Positions 47,555-57,849 of a stretch of 64,000 bases of DNA are shown here, piece after piece. Position 1 is the first letter of the stretch. The number at the start of each line of letters is the position of its first letter. This DNA is from Octopus sinensis (lineage: Eukaryota): contig NC_043010.1 of assembly GCF_006345805.1 (NCBI RefSeq), positions 29,822,001-29,886,000 of the forward strand, in the 5' to 3' direction. Below the pieces are notes generated by a model. That model saw only the letters and a program-made list of their open reading frames with translations, did no database searches and was not told the DNA's origin. The translations under genes and the position numbers were made by a program.

Positions 47555-47588
<34 letters not shown>

Positions 47589-47609
47589 ACCGAAAAAATC
47601 TGTCTCTCT

Positions 47610-48037
47610 GGATCTTTTCGGTTTGAACGGCAGTTTTAAACATAATTTCTAGGTAACTAAAAAATTTTAAACTTCGTATACTGGTAAAATGTGTTTATAA
47701 AACATCAATTTCTCTTGGCTTTATTGAGAAAATTCTATAGTTTGTAAGATATTTGTTGTTTTTTTTCTTCAATTTCTGCAATTTCAGCAATTTCAACCAA
47801 TCAATTACGTCTATTGAGGTAAAAAACATACTGTGCCGTATGAATATGTCCCTCGTTTAAGAAACAGATTGGGTTTGTTTACATTTGTGAAGAAAAAAAG
47901 ATACCCTTCCCCCACCCCTAACTAACACTAACCCTAAAACAGATTGAAATGCAATAGATCGACACTAGGGTCATAATTATGGGTGACAATTTCATATGAC
48001 ACCGCTAGAAAAACTGCCGTTCAAACCGAAAAGATCC
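47610..48037. mobile_element. Same MITE family as 44178-44588, inverted orientation, copy 2
   Basis: Same TIRs; TSD gtctctct / gtttctct (7 of 8 match). Confidence 0.9.
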
Positions 48038-50090
48038 GTTTCTCTACATGAATTCTGTGACTGAGTCAACAACCACCGCCTGTGTCTCGTGTCCGAACTA
48101 AAATTTTCTACAGTTTTGCTTCTGTTGCCCGTATTTGATCGTCACAAGACTTAAGAGTCAATTCTCACAACTCCATTGGTTTTGTGACAATCAGTTTAGC
48201 GTGTTAATGGTGAAGCATGTCTTCAGACATTCTGTCGTTTCTAATGACAAGATATTTCAATACGACTGGAACTTCGAAGACCTACTGCAGCTTTCTGCCT
48301 TCCTATTCATTAATTTCACATTTTCCATTTTATCCACTAGTGAGAACTTGGTATATTAAGCTACATTTAATCTGGTAATCTGAGCTCCTTGCTGTTGTTA
48401 ATGTATGATTAATGACCGTACTCTTTCATCTTGTCAAAATACAGCGCATAGCAGTCATCAGCGAATACATTCCATTCCTTGATGCTGATTGCAAAGTGAA
48501 AGAAACGTTCTATGCACAGCTGCACTTTATCTTTTCCAACATTTGAAAAGAAGACTAGGTCATCGTTCTGGGAATTTTAACACTAGGGCATGGCGAGATC
48601 AAAAGTTTTGGAAGGGTCCAGTTGCGAAAATGATTCTGGAAATGTCAACTCTAACTGAACTCTTTCAACGAAATGTGTTGAACATGACTTTAGAATCACC
48701 AGGCGTGGCTGTGTGGTAAGTAGCTTGCTTACCAACCACATGGTCCCGGGTTCAGTCCCATTGCGTGGCACCTTGGGCAGGTGTCTTCTACTATAACCTC
48801 GGGCCGACCAAAGCCTTGTGAGTGGATTTGGTAGACGGAAACTGAAAGAAGCCCGTCGTATACACACACACACACATATATGTATGTGTATGTGTGTGTG
48901 TGTGTGTGCGCGCGCGCGCGTTTGCATATTTGTGTATATTTGTGTTTGTGTGTTTATACCCCCACGATTGATTGGCAACTGATGTTGCGCTGTTTACATT
49001 CCCATGGATTTGCAGTTCGGCAAAATACACTGTTAGAATAAGTACTAGGCTTACAAAGAATAAATCCTGTAGTTGATTTTTTCCAGCATGGCCGCAGTCA
49101 CATGACTGAAACAAGTAAAACAATAATAAAACTATGCCATTTTAATCCCGAGCAAGGCCGGGTATCTCTGCTCGTAAAAGAATAAAGGAATACCTTTTTT
49201 TTCTATCGGACAATAACTACAAGATTACTTAGCAATATTCGAGTTTTAAACATTGGCATTTGGTCGATGAAATTATTGTGAAGTTTCCTGACCCGAAAGA
49301 TTTGCTCTACTGTCGTTGGAACTGTCAAGTGATGGATTTATAACGAAGACGGTTAATGAAGATAATGTTGGAATGAGATATATACAACTTGAGATTGAAA
49401 CTGAATTGGTAAGCGACGTTTTATTTTCCGTTATAAAATACAATGATTGCCATACATGAATTCGCATAACAGCTTATTACAAAGATGTGTAAGAGAACTT
49501 CGTGGTTAGGCTGGACTGTTGATGTTGTAGACATAGTTGACGTACTGTTTGGTGGTGTGCAGAGGCAGTTGTTGCTCTGTTGGTCGCGTGATGTTCAGCA
49601 ATGATGTAGATAGAGTTTCGGTGGAGATGAAAACGGAGACTGGCTGGTGTTAGATACATCGTTGTTGGAGACAAGTTGCGTTTGTGGTCAGTGGTGAGTG
49701 CCAAAGACCTAAAACAGTCGTGAACTGCCGTGCTTATCGGGAATAATGGGCTCCTCCAAGATGCTGGTGATTAATTTCCTGCGTAAGGAAAAATAAACTG
49801 TTGTGCAACTCAATCATCATTAAATGACATTATCCACAATACGTATATATTGTGGATGTTTTTCCAAAGGAAAAGTCGCCGACTTGGGCCGATACAACTT
49901 GGCGCCAGGGACGTCACAGACATTGCTATTAGAATGGAAAGAGTTCGAACAAATACTGCAAGGCATCCTGCCCGACCCTCTAACGGGTCCGTCATTCCAC
50001 TGCCATGGTTGGTATTTTTTTTATATCGACACTGAAAAATGAAAGACAAAGTTGAGCACAAGGAGTCAGAATACCGCGTGGCATAACATC

Positions 50091-50508
50091 TGTAACGTGA
50101 AAGGATCTATCATCGAAGCACTGGCAGGGTGTCGAGATCCTTTCTAGTCACATACAAAAATTCTTGTAGAAAACAAACAGACGAAACTCAGGTTAAAGGT
50201 GAACAGACAACTTGGTTTATTGATTCATGGTTGTACGTTGTCTGATGGGGGAATAGACAGCCTCTGAGATACTGCTGGTGTTGGTCGTTGAGGTTGGTTG
50301 AAGTTGGTTGAAGCTGGTGTGTGGCTGTCAGAGCCAGGAAAACCGTGACCGATCGCAGTGCTGTCTTGAGCCGAAGAGAGAGATTTGAGGTTCGCGGGCT
50401 CGAGAGATGTTTTCCCGCACATGCGCATGGGGAAGACTTCCGGTGGCCACGCGGAAGTAGTCCCATTCTGCGCATGCGCGCCGAACCCTACACTGTAGCA
50501 TCACTACA
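50091..50508 (-). repeat. 3' LTR (418 bp)
   Basis: Identical to 54722-55137 except for a 2-bp indel (ggggaagacttcc vs ggggaacttcc); AATAAA at about 50215-50220 on the minus strand. Confidence 0.97.
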
Positions 50509-50636
50509 GGGCTCCCCTCCGAGTGCGAAGTACGGCAACCAGAATATTGTGGTGGTGCTGCAGAAAACAGAAGGCTTGCCGATCCCCCAGAAGACTTGGT
50601 ACATACTATATACAATAAGAAACATTTTAAAGAAAG

Positions 50637-53600
50637 TTAAATGTAAATTGTTTTTGAAAGTTTCTTGGGCCAATGCACTGTTCTGCCCGATTTTGTAACA
50701 TACGGTGTGCTCGGGGCACCCGTTGACGGCGAGGGTGGTGTTGTAGGAGCCGGTGAAGGTGATTGTGCAGGTGAGGGCGTTTGTGCAGGTGAAGGCGTTT
50801 GTGCAGGTGAAGGCGTTTGTGCAGGTGAAGGCGTTGTTAAAGGTGCATAGGTGGGTGTGTCAAGGTTGTCATCAAAAGATGAAGACGTCTCAAAATGTGC
50901 CTTTTTTAAACGGTCCACGGAAACGGTCTCCGAACGACCATTTATCTCAATCGTGAAAACCTTTGGTGTGCGAGAAAGCACACGAAAAGGTCCTTTATAG
51001 GGAGAAACAAGTGGGCCCTTCACAGAATCGTCCCGAACAAAAACATGCGACCAGGTGTTCATATCCGGTGGAAGATGGGACGGTGGAGATTGCTTTCTGG
51101 GAAGCATGGGCGGAAGGTTTGAAAAATATTCCCGCAGTCTGGTGACATAGGTCGCCGGATCATGGGGCGGGGAAGTGTCTGGCACCAACATCGTACCGGG
51201 CAATGCCAGTGTGGTACCATACAGCAGCTGTGCAGCAGAAAACCCCAGGTCTGCCTTGACAGCAGTCCGACAGCCGAGAAGCACAATGGGCAGAAATTCG
51301 ATCCAGGACTGTGGGTCCGAAGAGGCACGAAGAGCGGCCTTGAGCTGTCTATGGAACCGCTCAACCAATCCATTAGACGCTGGATGGTAGCTTGTGGTGT
51401 GGATACCCAAAATTCGCGACAATTCGCGAAATAGCGAGGCCTCAAACTGTCGTCCACGATCAGTTGTCAATCGGGACGGGACTCCGAAGCGAGAAATCCA
51501 GTTTGAAACGAAAGCTCGCGCAACAGTCTCAGCAGAAATGTCTGCTATCGGAATGGCTTCTGGCCAGCGGGAGAAACGATCGACACAAGTTAATAGATAA
51601 GAGAACCCGCGACTCACAGGCCATGGTCCAACCAGATCGATGTGGACATGGCGAAAACGGGCCTCCGTGGGGGGAAATTGTCCAAGCGGGGCACGAACGT
51701 GCCGTTGAATCTTGGATCGTTGACACTTGGAGCAGGTGCGTGTCCAACAAGTAATTGTGCGACGCATATTCGGCCAGAAAAACCGAGCAGTGATTAGTTT
51801 GAGGGTGGCAGCGATGCCAGGATGTGATAAGGAGTGCAGTGCTTCAAACACTGAGCGTTGATGGGTCTCAGGCACCAGTGGCCTGGGAGATCCAGTTGAA
51901 GTGTCACAAAGAATGGTGCCTTCGGCTGACGGAAGCGGAAGGTAGGAAAACTGGCAACAGGAGAACTTGGGAGAAGTTAAATCTAACGACGCCAAAGGTG
52001 GCTGCTCCTGCGATATGGCAGCTAAGTCGATAGCAGCAGGAGACGAAAGGGCGCAAACTGGAAGGCGAGAGAGAGCGTCAGCAGGAACGTTCTCTTTTCC
52101 AGGTATGTGTCGAATGTTGCTAGTAAATTGAGAGATAAAATCCAGGTGCCGAAAAGCACGGGGTGAGAGTTTGTCCGTTTTTGAAAACAGGGCAAACGTA
52201 AGGGGCTTGTGATCCGTATAGATCACAAAATCTCGCCCTTCAAGTTGATGCTGGAAATGACGAACCGACAGGTAGATCGCTAGGAGCTCACGATCAAAGG
52301 TGCTGTATCGTCGTTCAGCTGGTTGCAGTTGACGGGAAAAGAAGGCTAGAGGTCGAACATGGCCATCCACTGTGTGTTGTAACACAGCGCCAATCGCAGT
52401 GTCCGATGCGTCCACAGTCAAAGAGAGAGAAGCACCAGGAACTGGATGTGCAAGCAAAGAAACAGAAGCCAGCTCCTTCTTAATGGACTCAAAGGCTGTC
52501 ACTGCCTCAACAGAGAGGGTGACTTGACTGTCCTTTCTAGGAGAGTCCTTTAACAGCCTGGTGAGAGGTAGCAGCTTATCTGCACAACCGGGAATGAAGC
52601 GTCGGTAGAAATTGACCATCCCTAGATAATGCCTGAGCTGGCGCAAGGAAGTGGGGGGTGCGATGCGTTGAATGGCATCGACTTTTGACGAGAGGGGGCT
52701 GATTCCAGTCGAATCAATATGATGCCCTAGAAAATCTAGGGAAGAGCGTCCGAAAACACACTTGTCGGGGTTTATGCGTATGCTATACGCGCGAAGACGC
52801 TGGAAGAGTTGAGAAAGGTGCCGGAGATGATTTTCTCGTGTGTCGCTCGCAATGAGTATGTCATCGACATAGGCAAACACAAAATCAAGACCGCGGACAA
52901 CCTCATCAATGAAACGCTGGAAGGTGCTAGTAGCATTCCGCAAACCGAAACTCATGTACAAAAACTCAAAACACCCAAACGGGGTAGTGATTGCAGTTTT
53001 TGGAACGTCGGCTGGGTTGACCGGTATTTGGTGGTAAGCGCGTATCAGATCGACCTTCGAAAAAATGGTACAACCATGGAGATTTGCTGTAAAGTCCTGG
53101 AGATTTCTAATCGGATAGCGATCGGCTATTGTGACGGCATTGAGGCGTCGATAGTCTCCAACCGGGCGAAAATCAGACTCGCCCTTTCGCGCCAAATGAA
53201 GGGAATGCCCATGGGCTGGTGGAGGGGCGTATAAGGCCAAGTTGAAGCATGTGCTCAAACTCGGCTCTGGCCGTTTTAAGTCGGTCTGGCGCTAGGCGCC
53301 GGGGGCGTGAGAATACAGGTGGCCCATTGGTGGTGATGAAATGGAGGGTCGAGTGGGTGGGATTTTCCGGTTTAAAGGCAATGTCCACTAGCTCCGGAAA
53401 TGAAACCAAAAGAGAGTGAAAAGGGTCTCCAGAGGTGGCAACAAAGAATGTCGGGCTAAGGACCGCAGTGGTGGAACTCCCAGTCGGTGTAGAGAGCGAC
53501 GTCGTGCTATCAAGAAGCCTCCGACGCCTGACATCCACCAATAGGTTAAACCTATCCAGGAAATCAGCGCCGAGAATAGGATGCGGGATGTCAGCGATGA

Positions 53601-53870
53601 CGAAAACCCATCGAAAGTCTCGACGAAGGTTGAGGTTGAGGCGCAGCGAAATCTGACCGTAAGTGGTTATGGGAGACGAGTCAATAGCATGCAAGACAAT
53701 CGAAGAGCGCTTCGGCTTGTCTGCAGCCAGACGAAGGGGCCAGATGCTGCAACAGGAGCCGGTGTCTACCATGAAGAATTTCTCCGACACCAGATCTTTT
53801 ACAAAAACTGCACGATTTTTGGGAATGGCGATGGAAGAAGGTGACGTGCTCACCTCCTCCGGACTTAGTT
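50637..53870 (-). pseudogene. pol: Gypsy pol (protease, RT, RNase H, integrase) with one frameshift near 53200
   Basis: PR MVDTGS; [25 protein letters not shown]; RH DASD/RELLA; IN HHCC, D-D35-E (IDLVGP, TDRGRQF, VERFHR) and GPY/F; the frame changes at SPWA(F/S)-LHL. Confidence 0.92.
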
Positions 53871-54346
53871 TTCCGAGGGCTTGAAAATGCACGGCTGGGT
53901 ACACCGATCTGCCCTTTTGGTAGAGCGACTACGACTGCGTTGTCGGCGCTCGATCGCACGGGATAGATCGTCGATTCGCCGCGTGAGCGCATCAATCCGC
54001 TCGGTTAGTGAAATTTGCGCAGGGCCCCCTATACATGCACAGAGGCCTCGCGATGGAGATGGATTCGGAAATTCCAGTATTCCATCGGCCATCGTGGCAA
54101 TCTGAATATTGCTCTCCCCCGAACGTGTGTTGCGGCGGAGGATTTCTGCTTTCACAGACGCGTATGTGGCATCCGGTGGGGACTTATTATTAGATCCCTG
54201 ATCGATGCGGCGAGTCGGGGATGTAAGCCGGAATATAGCAGGTGCAACTGCTGCTGTGGAGAAATGGCATGTGCATCAAAATACCACTCCACTTGGGCAA
54301 ACCACAGGCCCATATCCCCCGTAAATGAAGGCAAACCTGAAGCCAT
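53865..54346 (-). pseudogene. gag: Gypsy gag, frameshifted (G run 54178-54181) and apparently internally deleted
   Basis: LPSF..D..LWFAQVE...IRDLII.P / PDATYASVKAEILRR ... RSRSRS..ADRCTQPC; ends G GAA AAC TAA overlapping the pol frame. Confidence 0.8.
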
Positions 54347-54709
54347 GCCTTTGTCGGAAGGAATCTGTGAGAAGGGGGCAGAAGGTATGGTCTAGAAGTG
54401 GAGAGAGAACACGTGGAACCGAGAAGGCAATTGAAAATTGTGTTTGTGTGTGCACCTCGTGGGTAGCAAAAAAAGGAATAAGTGTGTACAAGGAAAACAA
54501 AATACAGAAAAGGAAAAAAAAAATGAATGTGTGTGTGTTTTCTTTCTCTTTTTTTTTTTTGTACTGTGTGCGATGAATAAGGTTATTTGACCCACCTCGC
54601 CGTGCTGAAAAGGAGAAAATAGGAAAATAAATGTGAATTTCCGCGCTCTTCGGCCCCAAAAAAAACCTGTTCGCTGTGTCTTTTTCTATCCTGTTCTTTT
54701 TCTCAACTA

Positions 54710-54719
54710 GGGGTCACCA
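54710..54719 (-). promoter_or_regulatory. Primer-binding site complementary to the tRNA-Trp 3' end (10 nt)
   Basis: TGGTGACCCC matches the first 10 nt of the tRNA-Trp PBS used by RSV and CsRn1-type elements. Confidence 0.75.
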
Positions 54720-54721
54720 AT

Positions 54722-55137
54722 TGTAACGTGAAAGGATCTATCATCGAAGCACTGGCAGGGTGTCGAGATCCTTTCTAGTCACATACAAAAATTCTTGTAG
54801 AAAACAAACAGACGAAACTCAGGTTAAAGGTGAACAGACAACTTGGTTTATTGATTCATGGTTGTACGTTGTCTGATGGGGGAATAGACAGCCTCTGAGA
54901 TACTGCTGGTGTTGGTCGTTGAGGTTGGTTGAAGTTGGTTGAAGCTGGTGTGTGGCTGTCAGAGCCAGGAAAACCGTGACCGATCGCAGTGCTGTCTTGA
55001 GCCGAAGAGAGAGATTTGAGGTTCGCGGGCTCGAGAGATGTTTTCCCGCACATGCGCATGGGGAACTTCCGGTGGCCACGCGGAAGTAGTCCCATTCTGC
55101 GCATGCGCGCCGAACCCTACACTGTAGCATCACTACA
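54722..55137 (-). repeat. 5' LTR (416 bp)
   Basis: Followed on the minus strand by at-TGGTGACCCC. Confidence 0.97.
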
Positions 55138-56504
55138 CATCTAACGCTTTAATGACATTTTGTCGCTTTGTATACTGAATTCAATACATAAATTTGCATA
55201 TATTTGCATTTTGATAATGATCAAGCGAAACCAGTAGAATTTTTTATTTGTTTATTATAGTTTTAGTCAAACGTACTAATTAAAAAAATTTTTTATTAAT
55301 AACTATCCTTCAAGATAGTGGTGGTGCAGTTAAGAAGCTCGCTTTGCAACTACGTAGTATCGGGTTCAGTCCCACTTCGTAGAACCATAGGTAAGTGTCT
55401 TCTACCATAGCCCTGGAATATATGTGGAAGCCTGTTGTGTGTGTGTGTGTGTGTATGAATGTGTGTGTGTCTGTGTTTATCTCCCACCACCGCTTGACAA
55501 CTGGTATTGTTTTGATTTCGTCCTCTTAACTTAGCGGTTTGACAGACCGACCAAATAAATACCAAACTTAAAAATAAGTACTAGGGTAGATTTGTTTGAC
55601 TAAACCGTTCAAGGCCAAGCATGGCCGCAGTCCAATCACTGAAACAAGTAAAATAAAAGACAGAAAGTTATATAACTAATAAAAGCAACATTTTACATTT
55701 TTCCTAGAAATAATTTCGAAATATTATTTACTCGATCTCTTTTCACCTATTATCGTATCTGTGGTACTATATCGTATTTGCCTATGAGTAAAATTATATT
55801 ACATTATTGAAATATTATCCAATATTTCTGGAAATTAGAAATCCGGGCGAAATGCTTAGTGGCATTTCATCAGTCTTTACGTTCTGAGTTCAAATTCCGC
55901 TTTACCTTTCATCTTTTCGGAGTCGATTTAATTGATTTAGCCCCTTTCCCAAATCTCTTGGCCTTATGCCAAAATTTGGAACCAATATTTTCAGGAAATA
56001 TTTCATGTAAATGGATTAATATTGGTCCTTTAACTTTTTCTGTAAGTGAAAAGTTTCTACTTTCAAATATAATTTCTGAAGCATGACACAAAATGGAGGT
56101 AAGAACGAATGCATATTGTACAAATATATTCGGTTTGGCACACTTAACGACAAATTGCCTTAAATCATTATCTTTTTAGTAATGTGGCCCACCTGATGAT
56201 GAGTCGTGCCTCGAGTAGCCAGCTTTTCAAAGAAAGGTTGCCCATGCCTGATATAGCTCATTGTTGAAGTCTGCATCCTGATAGATAGATCGTTGGGGGA
56301 AAATGCTTTCGAGCATTTTTTCTTCCGGTTATGTTCAAATCCCGTCCAAGTCCAACTATAAACATTTTTGTAAGTTTCTTTTATTGATTTTTATGTTATT
56401 AATAAAATTTCTTGAACGTGGTTGAAAAGGGATGTAGGTGCTATTGTAAGCACTGGCTTCCTTGCTTCCCTGAGATCACGCCCCTGGTACGAACATTATA
56501 TATA

Positions 56505-57802
56505 TCCGATGGGTAAATTGTCGCATTTTATACTTCTAACTTCGCGCATGCACATTGTTTTTGATTTTGTCAACTACACAGTAGAGTAGGGTCAGTTGGG
56601 TGCTGTCTGTGAGAATGCCAAGCAGTACAGCATGTCGTTTCCAGATTTCTGACAGAGTGAATTGCGTCATGGTGCTGTCTTTCTCACAGACAGCACCATG
56701 ACGCAATTCACTCTGTCAGAAATCTGGAAACGACATGCTGTACTGCTTGGCATTCGCACTGGGAGCGCCAATACGAACATTTCAGAGTGTTTTGGTGTCA
56801 ATCTGAGGACAGTGCAGAGGATTCGAAAACAGTTGGATGGTACAGCAGCTCGGAAAACACATAAGAAAAGAACTCCTGAATTTGTTGGTGAGATCCAGGC
56901 CATGATTGATAACGATCCCTCGAAGTCAATCAGGTCCATCACCAGGGACACGGGAGTGTCTGAGTTTCTTATCAGGCAGGTCGTGCATGAAGACATTTGG
57001 TATTCCTCATACAAGATGAGAAAGGGCCAATTTTTAGCCCAAGCCATCAAAGACAAGAGGAAAGACCGCGCTCCGAAGCTTTTGAACAAACTAAAGCATC
57101 CCCTCCAACCGAACATGCTTTGGTTTTTCTCAGACGAGAAAAGTTTCTGCCAGGATCAGATGGTGAACACATACAACAACCGTAGCTAGCCGTGTCCCCA
57201 AAACATGTACCAAGAGTGATAAAAATCAAACATCCAGTCAACATCATGGTGTTTGGTGTGATAACTAGTGATGGCGACGTTATGCCTCCATTCATAATTC
57301 CACACAGCCTCAGATTCAACAGGGAGGCCTACATCAAGTGCCTGGAAGAGGTAGTGCTGCATTGGGTCAAGAGAGTGGCTGCTGGAAGACCCTATGTCTG
57401 GCAACAGGACTCTGTCATGGCTGTCAGACAATTTCTGCGACCACATCACCCCTAACACCTGGCCACATAACTCCCCAGACTGCAACCCCCTTGATTATCA
57501 TGTGTGGGGCATAGTTGCGTGAGAGACCAACAAAACTCCATGTAACACCAAAGATGAACTGAAGGCAAGGATTATGGCAGCATTCATCAACTGGAACAAG
57601 AAGATCGTCCAGAAGAGTTGCAGAAGATTCCGAAGTCGTCTGGAGGTCATGGTTGAAGCCAATGGAAAATTTATTGAATAAATTTACTCTTTAGTATTTC
57701 AAGATATTTTTCATAATTTAGGTAAATATATCTGTTAAAAGAGACATCAATGTTATTTTCATTTTTGCGGAATTTAGACGACAATTTATTCATCGCAGCC
57801 TG
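56505..57802 (+). mobile_element. DD37D (maT) transposon, copy 3, nearly full length, broken ORF
   Basis: MTQFTLSEIWKRHAVLL...FFSDEKSF...VWQQDS..SPDCNPLDY; both ends retain gatg(gg/aa)taaattgtcg TIR similarity. Confidence 0.85.
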
Positions 57803-57849
57803 TATATCGTCAATAGTTCATATATCCGAAAAAGAAGCACACTCTAAAG

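Larger units (their letters stand above)
50091..55137 (-). mobile_element. Full-length-like Ty3/Gypsy LTR retrotransposon, CsRn1-like clade
   Basis: LTRs TG...CA at 50091-50508 and 54722-55137; TSD CATC (50087-50090, 55138-55141); PBS TGGTGACCCC; PPT GGAGGGGAG; order gag-PR-RT-RH-IN. Confidence 0.97.

Noticed and set aside
51059-53844. Multiple alternative-frame and antisense ORFs inside the Gypsy element
   Set aside because: Shadow ORFs of GC-rich pol; no env-like or other features
56185-56220. CTGATGA hammerhead-like core
   Set aside because: No GAAA or stem I/III; it lies in a hAT-MITE end (…aaggttgcccatgcctg|atatagct)
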